From the NCBI GenBank assembly GCA_964547485.1, contig CAZJNU010000004.1, positions 1,188 through 65,187 on the forward strand: a DNA stretch of 64,000 nt, given 5' to 3'. This document shows positions 37,516-46,575 of the stretch, piece by piece (position 1 is the stretch's first letter; each line of letters opens with the position of its first letter). Both the position numbers and the translations under genes were made by a program. The notes beneath the pieces were generated by a model. It searched no databases. It had not been told where the DNA came from and saw only the letters and a program-made list of their open reading frames with translations. The stretch comes from an uncultured Actinomycetes bacterium. GTDB lineage: Bacteria > Actinomycetota > Actinomycetes > S36-B12 > UBA10799.

Positions 37516-37672
37516 GCTGGACCCGACCTTCTTGCTGTCTCACGACGGTGGTGGCTCGGACCCGAGAATGACGCGTGACCGACTGGAAGTTTAGGCCGAA
37601 GTTGCGTGGCGAAGGGTGGGCTGTGTGGGGGTTGACCTGGGGTTTTGTTGTTGCTGGTGGTTGTTGTGCTGG

Positions 37673-39418
37673 CTACTTCAGGTGGAGTGGGATGGGTGCG
37701 TTGATGAGTTCGAAGGCTTGGCGTTGTTCGGGGGTGGGGGTGGCGAGTAGTTCGAATTCGGTGCTAGTTCCGGTGATGTGGATGGTGTTGCGGGTCAGGG
37801 TGGCGAGGTGTTCGAGGAGGCTGGTGAAGCTGCGGGCGGGTAGGCCGTGGCGGGTGGTTTTGGTGCCGGCTTTGTGGTCGGCGTCGGGTGATCGTTGCGC
37901 GGGTGCGACGGGGTCGGCGGGTTGGGGCCGGTGTTCGTCGGTGAAGGTGAGGGGTTTCCAGGCGGCTCGTAGGTGCCAGACGAGGTAGGCGGCGAGCATG
38001 CAGATGAATACGTGGGCGCGGACTCGGGTTTCGGTGTAGTGGTGCACGGGGCGTAGGTCGAGGTCGATGGATTTCAGGGATCGGAAGTCGCGTTCGACGT
38101 GGGCTAGCGACTTGTAGGTCGCGACGATGTGGTCGGCGCTGATGGTGGCGGCGGCCATGGTGGTGCGGATCAGGTAGATGCCGTCCAACGCGGCTTCGGT
38201 GGTGATGGAGTCCTGATTGTGGGTGAACGTGAAACTGGTGTCGGTGATGGTCAGGGTGTAGTGCTTGCCCATTTTGTGTTTGCCGATGATCTTGCCGACG
38301 CGGATCCCGATGGTTCCGGCATCGGTGAGACGGCCTGCGGTGACGGCGTTGGCGATGGTCGTCAGGTGGGCGTCGGTGGCGGCCAGGAGTGCGTGGCGTG
38401 TGCGGGCCCGTTCGGTGGCCAGGGCCGGGTTGCGGCAGGCGATCAACCGTTCCCCGGGGTAGTCGGGGTGGGAGATTTCGGCCAGGTTGGTGTCGTCGAA
38501 CAGTGACATTTGCAGTGGTCCGTCGTCGGCGGCGAGGGCTGCGATTTGTGGGGCGCGCAGGGCGGTGACCCACCCGTAGCCGCCGAGTTCTTTGAGGGCG
38601 TCGATCCGTGCGGAGGTGATCATTCCTCGGTCTCCGACCATCACGATGTGGCCGAGGTTGAACGTGTCCTTGATGTGTTCGGTGATAGCGGTGAACGCGC
38701 TCGGGTCGGCGGTGTTGCCTGGGAACACTTTCACCGCGATCGGGCGACCGACCGGGTCGGTGAGGAGTCCGTATTCGATTTGGGGTAGCCCTTTCTTGCC
38801 GTCGCGGGAGTATCCGCGGGCGGCCAGTGGGCAGCAGCGCCCGGTCATCCACGACGACGACAAGTCGAACAACGCCAATCGGTTCGGGTTCACGGTGTCG
38901 TTGAGGTGCCGGGCCGCGAGCCGGGTTTCGATGCGGTCTTGGCGCCCGGCGAGCCAGTCCATCGCGGCGTACACGCTGTCGGTGGACGCCCCGGTGATGC
39001 CCACGTCGTGGGCCAGGGTGGTGTCGGTCCACCATCGGGTGGTGGCCAACTTTGACCCGGGTCGGGCGACGCGGGCAACGATCAACGCCATCGCCAGGTC
39101 GCGTTTGGGTCCGGCCGGGCCTAGCAGCGCCGGCAACCCCAGGGCGTGGGCTTGGGCCCATATCGCGGCGATGTGTCCGTGCGGGCGTGACCGCACGATT
39201 TCCAGGCGATCCTCAGCTGACATCAGCGGGGTTCCGGACAGGCTGGCGCGGACCGCCGCCACGGCGGTGTCGGGCAGGGCTGACAGGTTCGCCAGCGTCT
39301 CGTGTTTGACTTTGCCGTCCTCACGGAACGAGCGGCGCACCAGATGCGACACATACTCTTTCCCGTTTCGTTTGGCTACGATTCGGGACACATGCATCGC
39401 TCCAGAACGCTTAGCCAT
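37673..39418 (-). CDS. IS1634-family DDE transposase
   Basis: 581 aa. The N-terminus MHVSRIVAKRNGKEYVSHLVRRSFREDGKVKHETLANLSALP is characteristic of IS1634-type transposases. The ORF is uninterrupted. Confidence 0.9.
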   Translation of the reverse strand: MAKRSGAMHVSRIVAKRNGKEYVSHLVRRSFREDGKVKHETLANLSALPDTAVAAVRASLSGTPLMSAEDRLEIVRSRPHGHIAAIWAQAHALGLPALLGPAGPKRDLAMALIVARVARPGSKLATTRWWTDTTLAHDVGITGASTDSVYAAMDWLAGRQDRIETRLAARHLNDTVNPNRLALFDLSSSWMTGRCCPLAARGYSRDGKKGLPQIEYGLLTDPVGRPIAVKVFPGNTADPSAFTAITEHIKDTFNLGHIVMVGDRGMITSARIDALKELGGYGWVTALRAPQIAALAADDGPLQMSLFDDTNLAEISHPDYPGERLIACRNPALATERARTRHALLAATDAHLTTIANAVTAGRLTDAGTIGIRVGKIIGKHKMGKHYTLTITDTSFTFTHNQDSITTEAALDGIYLIRTTMAAATISADHIVATYKSLAHVERDFRSLKSIDLDLRPVHHYTETRVRAHVFICMLAAYLVWHLRAAWKPLTFTDEHRPQPADPVAPAQRSPDADHKAGTKTTRHGLPARSFTSLLEHLATLTRNTIHITGTSTEFELLATPTPEQRQAFELINAPIPLHLK

Positions 39419-39424
39419 GAGGAA

Positions 39425-39453
39425 AACCTATCCGAAACCACCGCCACAGTCAA
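39425..39453 (-). promoter_or_regulatory. candidate transposase promoter giving a leaderless mRNA
   Basis: On the minus strand: TTGACT, a 17-nt spacer, TAGGTT, then 6 nt to the ATG at 39418. Proposed by eye only. Confidence 0.3.
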
Positions 39454-39590
39454 GCATATTTACTGGCTACACTATTTGGCGCAAAAGAAGGCGTTTCCGC
39501 AGGTCAAATCAGGAATACGGGCCTACTTCGCCACGCAACTTCGGTTTAGGTGACCCTAACGCACGGAGCGTGACTTCGGCAAGGCCTCGG

Positions 39591-39643
39591 AGCGAAACCC
39601 CCGACGACAGTCACGGAGTGTGACTGTCGTCGGGGGTTTCGCT
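39591..39643. terminator. 24-bp perfect hairpin downstream of the L,D-transpeptidase gene
   Basis: agcgaaacccccgacgacagtcac / ggagt / gtgactgtcgtcgggggtttcgct. It lies 27 nt after the ldt stop at 39671 and has no U-tract (an I-shaped terminator as commonly seen in actinobacteria). Confidence 0.55.
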
Positions 39644-39670
39644 GTGCGAAGGCAGGTGCCCGCTGCGAGA

Positions 39671-40933
39671 TCAGGCCTTCTGAACGGGCGCCTCAGCAGT
39701 GGGACCGACCTGCTGGGCTCCGGTGGCGGAGCCCTTCAGCCACTGTGGCCACGGCTCGTTCCAGACGGTGATGCCGTTACCGAGGTCGGTCTCGCGACCG
39801 GTGTTGGACACGACAACCACGTCGCCGGGGGTGATCTGGTCCCAGAGCCAGGATGCGTCACCGGTTGACATGCCGATGCAGCCATGGCTGGCGTTGGTGC
39901 TCCCCTGAGCCCAGGTCGACCACGGAGCGGCGTGGATGAACTCACCCGAATCCGTCAGCCGCATCGCGTAGTCGACCTCGAGCCGGTAGTACTCCGAAGA
40001 ACTCGTGGAGGTACCGGTGGTCGCCGCATCCATGATCACGGTGCCTTCTTTGGCCGAGATCACCTTGACCCCGGAGCGGGTCTCGAAGCCAGGCTTACCC
40101 ATCGTGATGGGAATGGTCTGAATTACCTGCCCATCCTTCTTCACGACCATCTCTTTGGTGTTGTCGTCGACGTCCATGATGACGGAACTGCCAACCTTGA
40201 AGTTGATCGAGGTGTCGGCGTTACCCCAGGTCTCCGGGTTCGCCTGAACACCGTAGAGGTCGGCCTTGAAGGCCACGTCGGTGTTGGCCGGCCAGTAGCC
40301 CTTCGGTCGGAAAGTGACGGTATCGCCACCCTCATTCCAGGACCACGCACCCACTACGGGTTTGCTCGACTTGACGTGCAGAAGCTTTTCGACCTCAGCG
40401 CGGTTGGCCACCTGGGTGTCGAACTCCACCGCGATCGGCATCCCGACCCCGTAGGTCTGGCCGTCCTCCACGCTCGCCTTCGTGACGCCAAAGGTCGCCG
40501 CGGGCGTCATGGTCTTGACGGCGTTCTTCGTCTGCGTCGTGCGGCCGTCGGAATCGACTGCCGTCGCCTGTACTTGGTAGGTGCTATCAAAGGCGAGCTC
40601 GGCACCGGGCAGCGTCGACCACTTCTTGCCGTCGTCGGACATCGTCCCGGCCACGGCACCGCCGGAGCCGGTGACAACGACGTCGACGAGACGCCCCTTG
40701 TTCGAGGTGATCACAACGGGGTCGTTGACCTTGGCCGGGGCGCCACCTGGGGCCGGTGAGATGGCGATGGTGGCGTCACTAGTTCCAGTCCCGGCCCCCG
40801 CATTCGCGGTCAGCATCGGACCACAGCCAGCGACCAGCACACCCGCGCTCAGGCTGCCCACGACCGCGGCAATGACGCGTTTGTTCCGCCGTGCCGGGGT
40901 GCGCGCCGAAGTCCGACTCTGTTCGGTAACCAC
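39671..40933 (-). CDS. L,D-transpeptidase lipoprotein (YkuD domain, LdtMt2-like)
   Basis: Lipobox LVAGCG, Ig-like N-terminal domains and the catalytic motif SHGCIGMS. GTG at 40933 is preceded by AGGAG. Alternative starts are at 40969 and 41044. Confidence 0.85.
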   Translation of the reverse strand: MVTEQSRTSARTPARRNKRVIAAVVGSLSAGVLVAGCGPMLTANAGAGTGTSDATIAISPAPGGAPAKVNDPVVITSNKGRLVDVVVTGSGGAVAGTMSDDGKKWSTLPGAELAFDSTYQVQATAVDSDGRTTQTKNAVKTMTPAATFGVTKASVEDGQTYGVGMPIAVEFDTQVANRAEVEKLLHVKSSKPVVGAWSWNEGGDTVTFRPKGYWPANTDVAFKADLYGVQANPETWGNADTSINFKVGSSVIMDVDDNTKEMVVKKDGQVIQTIPITMGKPGFETRSGVKVISAKEGTVIMDAATTGTSTSSSEYYRLEVDYAMRLTDSGEFIHAAPWSTWAQGSTNASHGCIGMSTGDASWLWDQITPGDVVVVSNTGRETDLGNGITVWNEPWPQWLKGSATGAQQVGPTAEAPVQKA

Positions 40934-41177
40934 TGATGCAACTCCTACTCGTATTGGGAGCGGAGACATCGCGTAAACCAGATCAGGTACGAGTACTCCC
41001 TGGGGGACTCGTACCGATGGCGTCCACGATGAACCGCGGACCAATCATAACCCGAGGAAAGCTCGCTCCCGGGTGACGGTTGTCACCTTGATGGGGGCGT
41101 GTCGCTCGCAGGTCACGTCCAAGTTGCCGCTGCGTAGCGATCGGCGCACGGTAAGTGCGCACGACCTCCTCGATCGG

Positions 41178-41573
41178 TCAGTGCGCGTGGTCCCCGCGGT
41201 AGTACTCGAACATGAAGCCGACCAGACTCAGCATCAGCGCGACCACACCGAGCACCACGATCCAGGCGGCGAAGACCAGACCGAACACCGTGATCGCGGC
41301 GCTGGCGGCCAGCGCCAGCGGCCACCAGGAATGTGGGCTGAAGAAGCCATAGTCCGGATCTGCGTCCTCAATGTTGCCCTCGACGTCATCCTCAGGTTGC
41401 AGGCCCACCCGCTTGGCCGTGAACACTAGGTAGAAACCGACCAGAAAGGCCATGGCCGCGGTGAACCCGAGCGCTGTGGTGCCGGCCCAGTCACTGGACC
41501 AGAGGCCGTAGACGATTGTCACGACGCCGTAGAAGACCATCCCCCAGAGGAAGAGCTTGCCCTCGATCTTCAT
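41178..41573 (-). CDS. ctaF: cytochrome c oxidase subunit IV (actinobacterial CtaF)
   Basis: 131 aa with four TM helices. Sits immediately downstream of ctaD with a 4-nt overlap. Confidence 0.8.
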   Translation of the reverse strand: MKIEGKLFLWGMVFYGVVTIVYGLWSSDWAGTTALGFTAAMAFLVGFYLVFTAKRVGLQPEDDVEGNIEDADPDYGFFSPHSWWPLALAASAAITVFGLVFAAWIVVLGVVALMLSLVGFMFEYYRGDHAH

Positions 41574-43405
41574 GCCTTGTCCGCCTCCGTGTCGTGATCG
41601 ATCACCGCGGAGTCGTCACCGGTCGACGTCTCCTTGTCCAGCACAGCAGTGGCCGTCGCCGACGTCCCGGCGGACTTGGACAGGTGCGGCCCGCCGACCA
41701 AGTCGTCGAGCTTGTTCTTGCCGACCGGCAGGTCGGTGTAGGCGTACTCCGGGTGGTGCAGGTCGAAGGCCGGCCGCTCCGAACGGATGGGCGGAAGCGA
41801 CACGAAGTTGTGCCGAGGCGGCGGGCAACTGGTGGCCCATTCCAACGAGCCACCCCAACCCCAGGGATCGTCGACCTCCACCTTCGGCGCGTAACGCCAG
41901 GTGCGGTAGACGTTCCAGAGGAAGAACAGGGTGGAGATGCCGAGGATCAGGGCACCGATCGAGGAGACGATGTTGAGCGCCTGGAAGCCCTCGCCCGGCA
42001 GATAGTCGGCGTACCGACGGGCCATTCCCTGGGTGCCCAGCCAGTGCTGCACCAGGAAGGTCGTCTGGAAGCCGATGAACAGCAGCCAGAAGTGCACCTT
42101 GCCGATTCGCTCGTCGAGCATCCTGCCGGTCCACTTGGGCCACCAGAAGTAGAAACCGGCGAACATCATGAAGACGACGGTGCCGAACACCGTGTAGTGG
42201 AAGTGCGCGACCACGAAGTAACTGTCCGACACCGGGAAGTCCAGCGGCGGCATCGCCAGGATGACGCCGGTCAGACCGCCGAAGAGGAAGGTCACCAGGA
42301 ACCCGATGGTCCACAGCATCGGGGTCTCAAACGACAGGGAGCCCCGCCACATCGTGCCTATCCAGTTGAAGAACTTCACCCCGGTCGGCACCGCAATCAG
42401 CATGGTCATCAGCGCGAAGAACGGCAGCAGCACGGCGCCGGTGACATACATGTGGTGGGCCCAGACCGCGACCGACAGGCCGGCGATGGCAATCGTGGCG
42501 AAGACCAGTCCCTTGTAGCCGAAGATCGGCTTTCGGCTGAATACTGGGATGATCTCGCTGGCGACGCCGAAGAACGGCAACGCCAGAATATAGACCTCCG
42601 GATGGCCGAAGAACCAGAACAGGTGCTGCCACAGGATCGCGCCGCCATTGGAGGCGTCGAAGACGGTGGTGCCGAACTTGCGGTCCGTCTCCAGCACGAT
42701 CAGGGTGGCGGCCAGCACCGGGAAGGCGACGAGCACCAGCACACTAGTGAGCAGCACGGTCCAGCTGAAGATCGACATCCGGAACATGGTCATGCCCGGT
42801 GCCCGCATGGTCACGATGGTGGTGATGAAGTTGACCGCACTCAAGATCGTGCCGAGGCCACCGAGGGTGAAGCCGAGGATCCACATGTCGGCGCCGGAGC
42901 TGGGGGTGTAGATCTCCAGCGACAGCGGCGCGTAGGCGAACCAGCCAAAGTCCGCGGCACCCGAGGGAGTCAGGAAGCTGGCCATCACGATGATCCCGCC
43001 GAACAGGAACAGCCAGTAGCCGAACATATTCAGCCGCGGGAACGACACATCCGGGGCGCCGATCTGCAGCGGCATGATGACGTTCGAAAAGCCGACGAAC
43101 AGCGGCGTCGCGAACAGCAACAACATGATCGAGCCGTGCATCGTGAACATCTGGTTGTACTGGGCGTTGCTGAGGAACTGCAGGCCCGGGTTGGTCAGCT
43201 CGGCCCGGATTGCCAGCGCCATCAGGCCGCCGACCAGGAAGAAGATGAACGACGTGATCAGGTACAGGTACCCGATGGTCTTATGGTCCGTTGAGGTGAT
43301 CCACTTGACCACCGTTCGGCCCATGTGTTGCTTGCGCTGGGCCCGCCGGTCTGGCGGTGTCGGAGGCGTGGTTGACCGCTGCGGTGGGTCGCTGAGGATG
43401 GTCAC
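41570..43405 (-). CDS. ctaD: cytochrome c oxidase subunit I
   Basis: 611 aa. [25 protein letters not shown] and HHMY motifs. The GTG start overlaps the ctaC stop. Confidence 0.95.
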   Translation of the reverse strand: MTILSDPPQRSTTPPTPPDRRAQRKQHMGRTVVKWITSTDHKTIGYLYLITSFIFFLVGGLMALAIRAELTNPGLQFLSNAQYNQMFTMHGSIMLLLFATPLFVGFSNVIMPLQIGAPDVSFPRLNMFGYWLFLFGGIIVMASFLTPSGAADFGWFAYAPLSLEIYTPSSGADMWILGFTLGGLGTILSAVNFITTIVTMRAPGMTMFRMSIFSWTVLLTSVLVLVAFPVLAATLIVLETDRKFGTTVFDASNGGAILWQHLFWFFGHPEVYILALPFFGVASEIIPVFSRKPIFGYKGLVFATIAIAGLSVAVWAHHMYVTGAVLLPFFALMTMLIAVPTGVKFFNWIGTMWRGSLSFETPMLWTIGFLVTFLFGGLTGVILAMPPLDFPVSDSYFVVAHFHYTVFGTVVFMMFAGFYFWWPKWTGRMLDERIGKVHFWLLFIGFQTTFLVQHWLGTQGMARRYADYLPGEGFQALNIVSSIGALILGISTLFFLWNVYRTWRYAPKVEVDDPWGWGGSLEWATSCPPPRHNFVSLPPIRSERPAFDLHHPEYAYTDLPVGKNKLDDLVGGPHLSKSAGTSATATAVLDKETSTGDDSAVIDHDTEADKA

Positions 43406-44253
43406 GACTGGTCCTTCCCGCCAACGGCTTGGCCGTTGGTGTTGATCCGATTGGCGTCGAGGACACCTGTCTGGCCCTTGGCCCTCAGTAGTGCCATATG
43501 CGCGTCGAACTCGGCCTGCGGCACGACCTTCACGTTGAACAGCATCCGGGAGTGGTCAACGCCGCACAATTCCGCGCATTTCCCGGCGAACGTCCCTTCC
43601 CGATTGGGCGTTACTTCAAAGCTGTTGATCCGACCGGGGACGACATCCATCTTGAACAGGAAGGCCGGCACCCAGAAACTGTGGATAACGTCCGGCGACG
43701 CCAGATCGAACTTGACTTTCTCATTCACGGGCAGGTACATGGTCGGCTGCTGCTCGGGCGTGCCGATGTCGTAGACGCCCTGGTCGATGTAGTTGAACGT
43801 CCACGACCACCGGAAGCCGACGACTCCGACGGTGTTCTTCTGGTCGTTGCTGATCTTTGTCAGTTCGGTCTGGTCCCGGATTGTGAAGAAGAGCAGCGCT
43901 CCGACCACCGCGATCGGGGTAATTGTGTAGAGCACCTCGAGCGGGATGTTGTAGCGCAACTGGCGAGGCATCCCGTCGCCACGGCGGCGGCGGTAGGCGA
44001 TGAAGCACCAGATCATCAAACCCCAGGTCAGGGCGCCAACGGCGAGGGCAGTGATCCAGGTCCCGTTCCAGAGGCTCTGGGTGATGGACGACTCCTTGGT
44101 GGCGCCTTCCGGCATTCCACCGCGAGACCAATCGGCCGCGGTGCAGCCGCTCAGGGCCACCATCGCGGCGACGCTCACTGCTGCCCAGGCACCCGCCTTT
44201 CGGCGGCTCCTTGCACGATCGAAGAGTTGCACGTGTCGCCTTCCACTGCTCAA
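43402..44253 (-). CDS. ctaC: cytochrome c oxidase subunit II
   Basis: CuA site HSFWVPAF ... [13 protein letters not shown]-terminal lipoprotein-like signal (LSGC). Confidence 0.9.
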   Translation of the reverse strand: MSSGRRHVQLFDRARSRRKAGAWAAVSVAAMVALSGCTAADWSRGGMPEGATKESSITQSLWNGTWITALAVGALTWGLMIWCFIAYRRRRGDGMPRQLRYNIPLEVLYTITPIAVVGALLFFTIRDQTELTKISNDQKNTVGVVGFRWSWTFNYIDQGVYDIGTPEQQPTMYLPVNEKVKFDLASPDVIHSFWVPAFLFKMDVVPGRINSFEVTPNREGTFAGKCAELCGVDHSRMLFNVKVVPQAEFDAHMALLRAKGQTGVLDANRINTNGQAVGGKDQS

Positions 44254-44445
44254 TGCCCGGATCGCCAGACCGCGGGCATACCTGTGGTGTCTGCGGGCAG
44301 ATTAGCGCAGGTTGGCCGTCTGCGAGACCCTGGGTGGAACGTTGATCGGAAGTGTCGCGTCAATGCCGCCCCTGCTAGGCGTAGAGGGGTGGCCGCGACA
44401 CCCGGTTTGCCGCGAAATGCCTGGTCCCGGCGCCCGGCGGGCACA

Positions 44446-45573
44446 ATGGTCTCCGTGACTCGGGTCTACCTTGCGGCGGAGGCCGGTCAGCCCTTGTCGG
44501 CCGCGGCACAGCAGGCGCGCTCCGCGGCGGCGGATACCTGGGCGGAACCGAGCCTGCTCGCCCACGAGGGTCGCCGATCCGCCACGATCCTGTCCGCAGC
44601 TGTCGCATCGCTCGCGTCCTCATTTGGGGTGTCGACCGACGAAGTCCGGGTGTTCGCCACCCGCGGCGCCGCGATCCGAGCCGCCGCCCTCGGGCTCGGG
44701 CGGGGCCCGATGTTGATCAGCCCGGTGGAACGACGCTCGGCGCTGGCGTGGGCTGCCGCTCGCCCTGATGGCCTTGCCACCTGCCGGGTGGACCGCGAGG
44801 GTGCGATCGAGCTGGCCGATTGGGAGTTGGGCCTCAGCGGGACCGGTGCCGCCTGGCTGCAGGTCGGCAACCCTGAACTCGGCACCGCTCAGCCGGTGGC
44901 GCAGGCTGCGGAGCTCGCGACCTCCGCCGGCGTGCCGCTGATCGTGGACGCGACCATGGCCGTCGGTCGAATGCCGCTGCCCACCGGCTGGCAGGCGCTG
45001 CTCGCCGACTCCCGATCCTGGGCCGGCGGTGACGGCAGCTGCGTGCTGATCGTCCGGCGCGGCACACCGTTCTTGAACCTGGACGGCCCACCCGAAGCTG
45101 TTCAGACCGGCCCCGATCGATTCCCCGGCGAGCCCTGTGTCGCCGATGTGGCGGCCGCCGCGATCGGACTGGAGTGGGCTTTGGCGGGACTGGCCGAGCG
45201 CTTCGAGCGAGATGTGTCGTTGACGCAACTCATTCGTCGTCGGGCGGTCGACTCCGTTCGTGACCTAGTCGTGCACGGGTCCGCTTCGAGCAGGCTGCCG
45301 CATGTGGTCGGGATGTCGGTCCTCTATCTCGATGCAGAAGCCCTGCTGGCCGAACTCGACCGCCGGGGTATCGCAGTGGCGTCGGGTTCGGCGTGTGCAG
45401 CCGGGAATGGCGAACCGAGTCATGTCCTTTCGGCGACGGGTGGACTCAGCTCGGGCAATGTCCGCGTTTCACTGCCGTTAACGGCCTCCCCTGAGGACGT
45501 CGAGCGATTCCTGACCGAACTTCCGTTGGCGGTTGATTCGGTCAGAATCGCAGGCGGGGTGGCGGACCTGTGA
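44446..45573 (+). CDS. class V aminotransferase / cysteine-desulfurase-like protein lacking the PLP lysine
   Basis: IscS/NifS-like: VDATMAVG and the catalytic-loop ASGSACAAGNGEPSHVL are present. Where IscS has SGHK, this protein reads DSRSW. ATG at 44446; the upstream part of the 691-aa ORF is antisense to ctaC and is rejected. Confidence 0.75.
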   Translation: MVSVTRVYLAAEAGQPLSAAAQQARSAAADTWAEPSLLAHEGRRSATILSAAVASLASSFGVSTDEVRVFATRGAAIRAAALGLGRGPMLISPVERRSALAWAAARPDGLATCRVDREGAIELADWELGLSGTGAAWLQVGNPELGTAQPVAQAAELATSAGVPLIVDATMAVGRMPLPTGWQALLADSRSWAGGDGSCVLIVRRGTPFLNLDGPPEAVQTGPDRFPGEPCVADVAAAAIGLEWALAGLAERFERDVSLTQLIRRRAVDSVRDLVVHGSASSRLPHVVGMSVLYLDAEALLAELDRRGIAVASGSACAAGNGEPSHVLSATGGLSSGNVRVSLPLTASPEDVERFLTELPLAVDSVRIAGGVADL

Positions 45574-45908
45574 CCGAAGCCGATGACCAGGTGCCAGATC
45601 CTCCGGTGCCAGATCCTCCGGTGCCAGATCCTCCGGTGGTGGTGCTCGATGAGCGCGGCCGCACCTGTCCTCATCCGGTGATAGCACTAGGCCGGGCTAG
45701 CAAGGCCGCCCCACCGGGCTCCCGGATCGACCTACTCGCCGATGATCCGGCGGCAGAATCCGACGTGCCCGCCTGGTGTCGGATGACGGGGGCCGATTTC
45801 CTGGGGGCAGAACTTTTGGTAGGGGTCTTAGGGACCGGGGTGGGCGCTTCGCCGCGTCGCTATCGCGTCAGGACAAGACGGTCGGTAGCGCCAGCCGCGC
45901 GGGCATAG
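45570..45908 (+). CDS. TusA/SirA-family sulfur-carrier-like protein
   Basis: A CPxP-type motif (RGRTCPHPV) follows a (VPDPP)x3 N-terminal repeat. The GTG start overlaps the stop of the desulfurase-like gene (GTGA). Confidence 0.7.
   Translation: MTEADDQVPDPPVPDPPVPDPPVVVLDERGRTCPHPVIALGRASKAAPPGSRIDLLADDPAAESDVPAWCRMTGADFLGAELLVGVLGTGVGASPRRYRVRTRRSVAPAARA
45591..45635 (+). repeat. perfect 15-bp tandem repeat x3 (gtgccagatcctccg)
   Basis: Three identical, in-frame copies read directly from the sequence. They encode VPDPP x3. Confidence 0.95.
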
Positions 45909-46542
45909 TCCGCAAGTAGTCGGCTCGCGAAACCTCTTGGCAGCCCAGCCTGGCCAGGTGATCGGTGCACCACTGCACATCGATGAGCCGAGTGGGCGCG
46001 TCTGCTCCCCCGAACACCCTCCGACTCAACTCCGCGAGCGCAACCTTGGAGGCATTCGTGACCCGGTGAAACTTCGAATCCGCGCAGAACGTGCCACCGA
46101 GTTCCAGGCCAAGCAGTCCCCCGGCGAGTTGCCCCCGCTGCCACACCTCCACCGAGTGTGCGATGCCTCGGGTGTGCAGGTCCAAGTACGCCTCCCGGTA
46201 GGCCGGAGTAATCCAGCCGTGCGGCCGAGACGGGTCGGCACAGCCTTCCAGGACCGCCGCGAAGTCCTGGTCCACGGTGACAGCGAAGTACTTCTGAGCC
46301 GTTCGCAACGACCGCGACACGTGCATCCCCGGGTAGGCCAGGACTCCCCTGGGATCCGGGCAGAACCACGCCAGCAGGGTGGCGTCGGATGATTCCTGCG
46401 CTATGTCGACTTCCATCGGAAAGAGGCCCTCGCGATAGCCGGCGACCAGCGAATCGGCATCGACTCGACCGCCGATCAGGACTATCTCCGTCTCCGCCGT
46501 GATTTCGGGCGAGACAGGCACCGGCCGGTCCAATCGCCCCAC
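45868..46542 (-). CDS. aat: leucyl/phenylalanyl-tRNA--protein transferase
   Basis: 224 aa. YREGLFPM, GWITPAYREAYLDLHTRGIAHSVEVW and GGLLGLELGGTFCADSKFH are typical of L/F-transferase. Confidence 0.85.
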   Translation of the reverse strand: MGRLDRPVPVSPEITAETEIVLIGGRVDADSLVAGYREGLFPMEVDIAQESSDATLLAWFCPDPRGVLAYPGMHVSRSLRTAQKYFAVTVDQDFAAVLEGCADPSRPHGWITPAYREAYLDLHTRGIAHSVEVWQRGQLAGGLLGLELGGTFCADSKFHRVTNASKVALAELSRRVFGGADAPTRLIDVQWCTDHLARLGCQEVSRADYLRTMPARLALPTVLS

Positions 46543-46575
46543 CTTCGATCCCGGACTCCGGCTGCCGCTCAGCTG

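Larger units (their letters stand above)
37596..39544 (-). mobile_element. IS1634-family (IS4 superfamily) insertion sequence, intact
   Basis: 1949 bp. Perfect 19-bp terminal inverted repeats ccgaagttgcgtggcgaag (37596-37614; reverse complement at 39526-39544), flanked by the direct repeat TTTAGG (37590-37595 and 39545-39550). Contains a single transposase ORF. Confidence 0.85.

Noticed and set aside
37764-39161. 465-aa alternative-frame ORF inside the IS
   Set aside because: It is on the same strand as the transposase but in a different frame. It is a monotonous Arg/Pro/His-rich sequence, whereas the 581-aa frame carries the recognisable IS1634 transposase sequence.
41516-43294. 592-aa ORF on the + strand
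   Set aside because: It is antisense to ctaD, which has unmistakable haem-copper oxidase motifs. Its composition is dominated by Arg/Gly/Asp/His/Glu repeats, so it is a shadow ORF.
43498-44445. N-terminal 316 codons of the 691-aa ORF that ends at 45573
   Set aside because: This part is antisense to ctaC and crosses the ctaC promoter region. Aminotransferase-like sequence only begins after the in-frame ATG at 44446.
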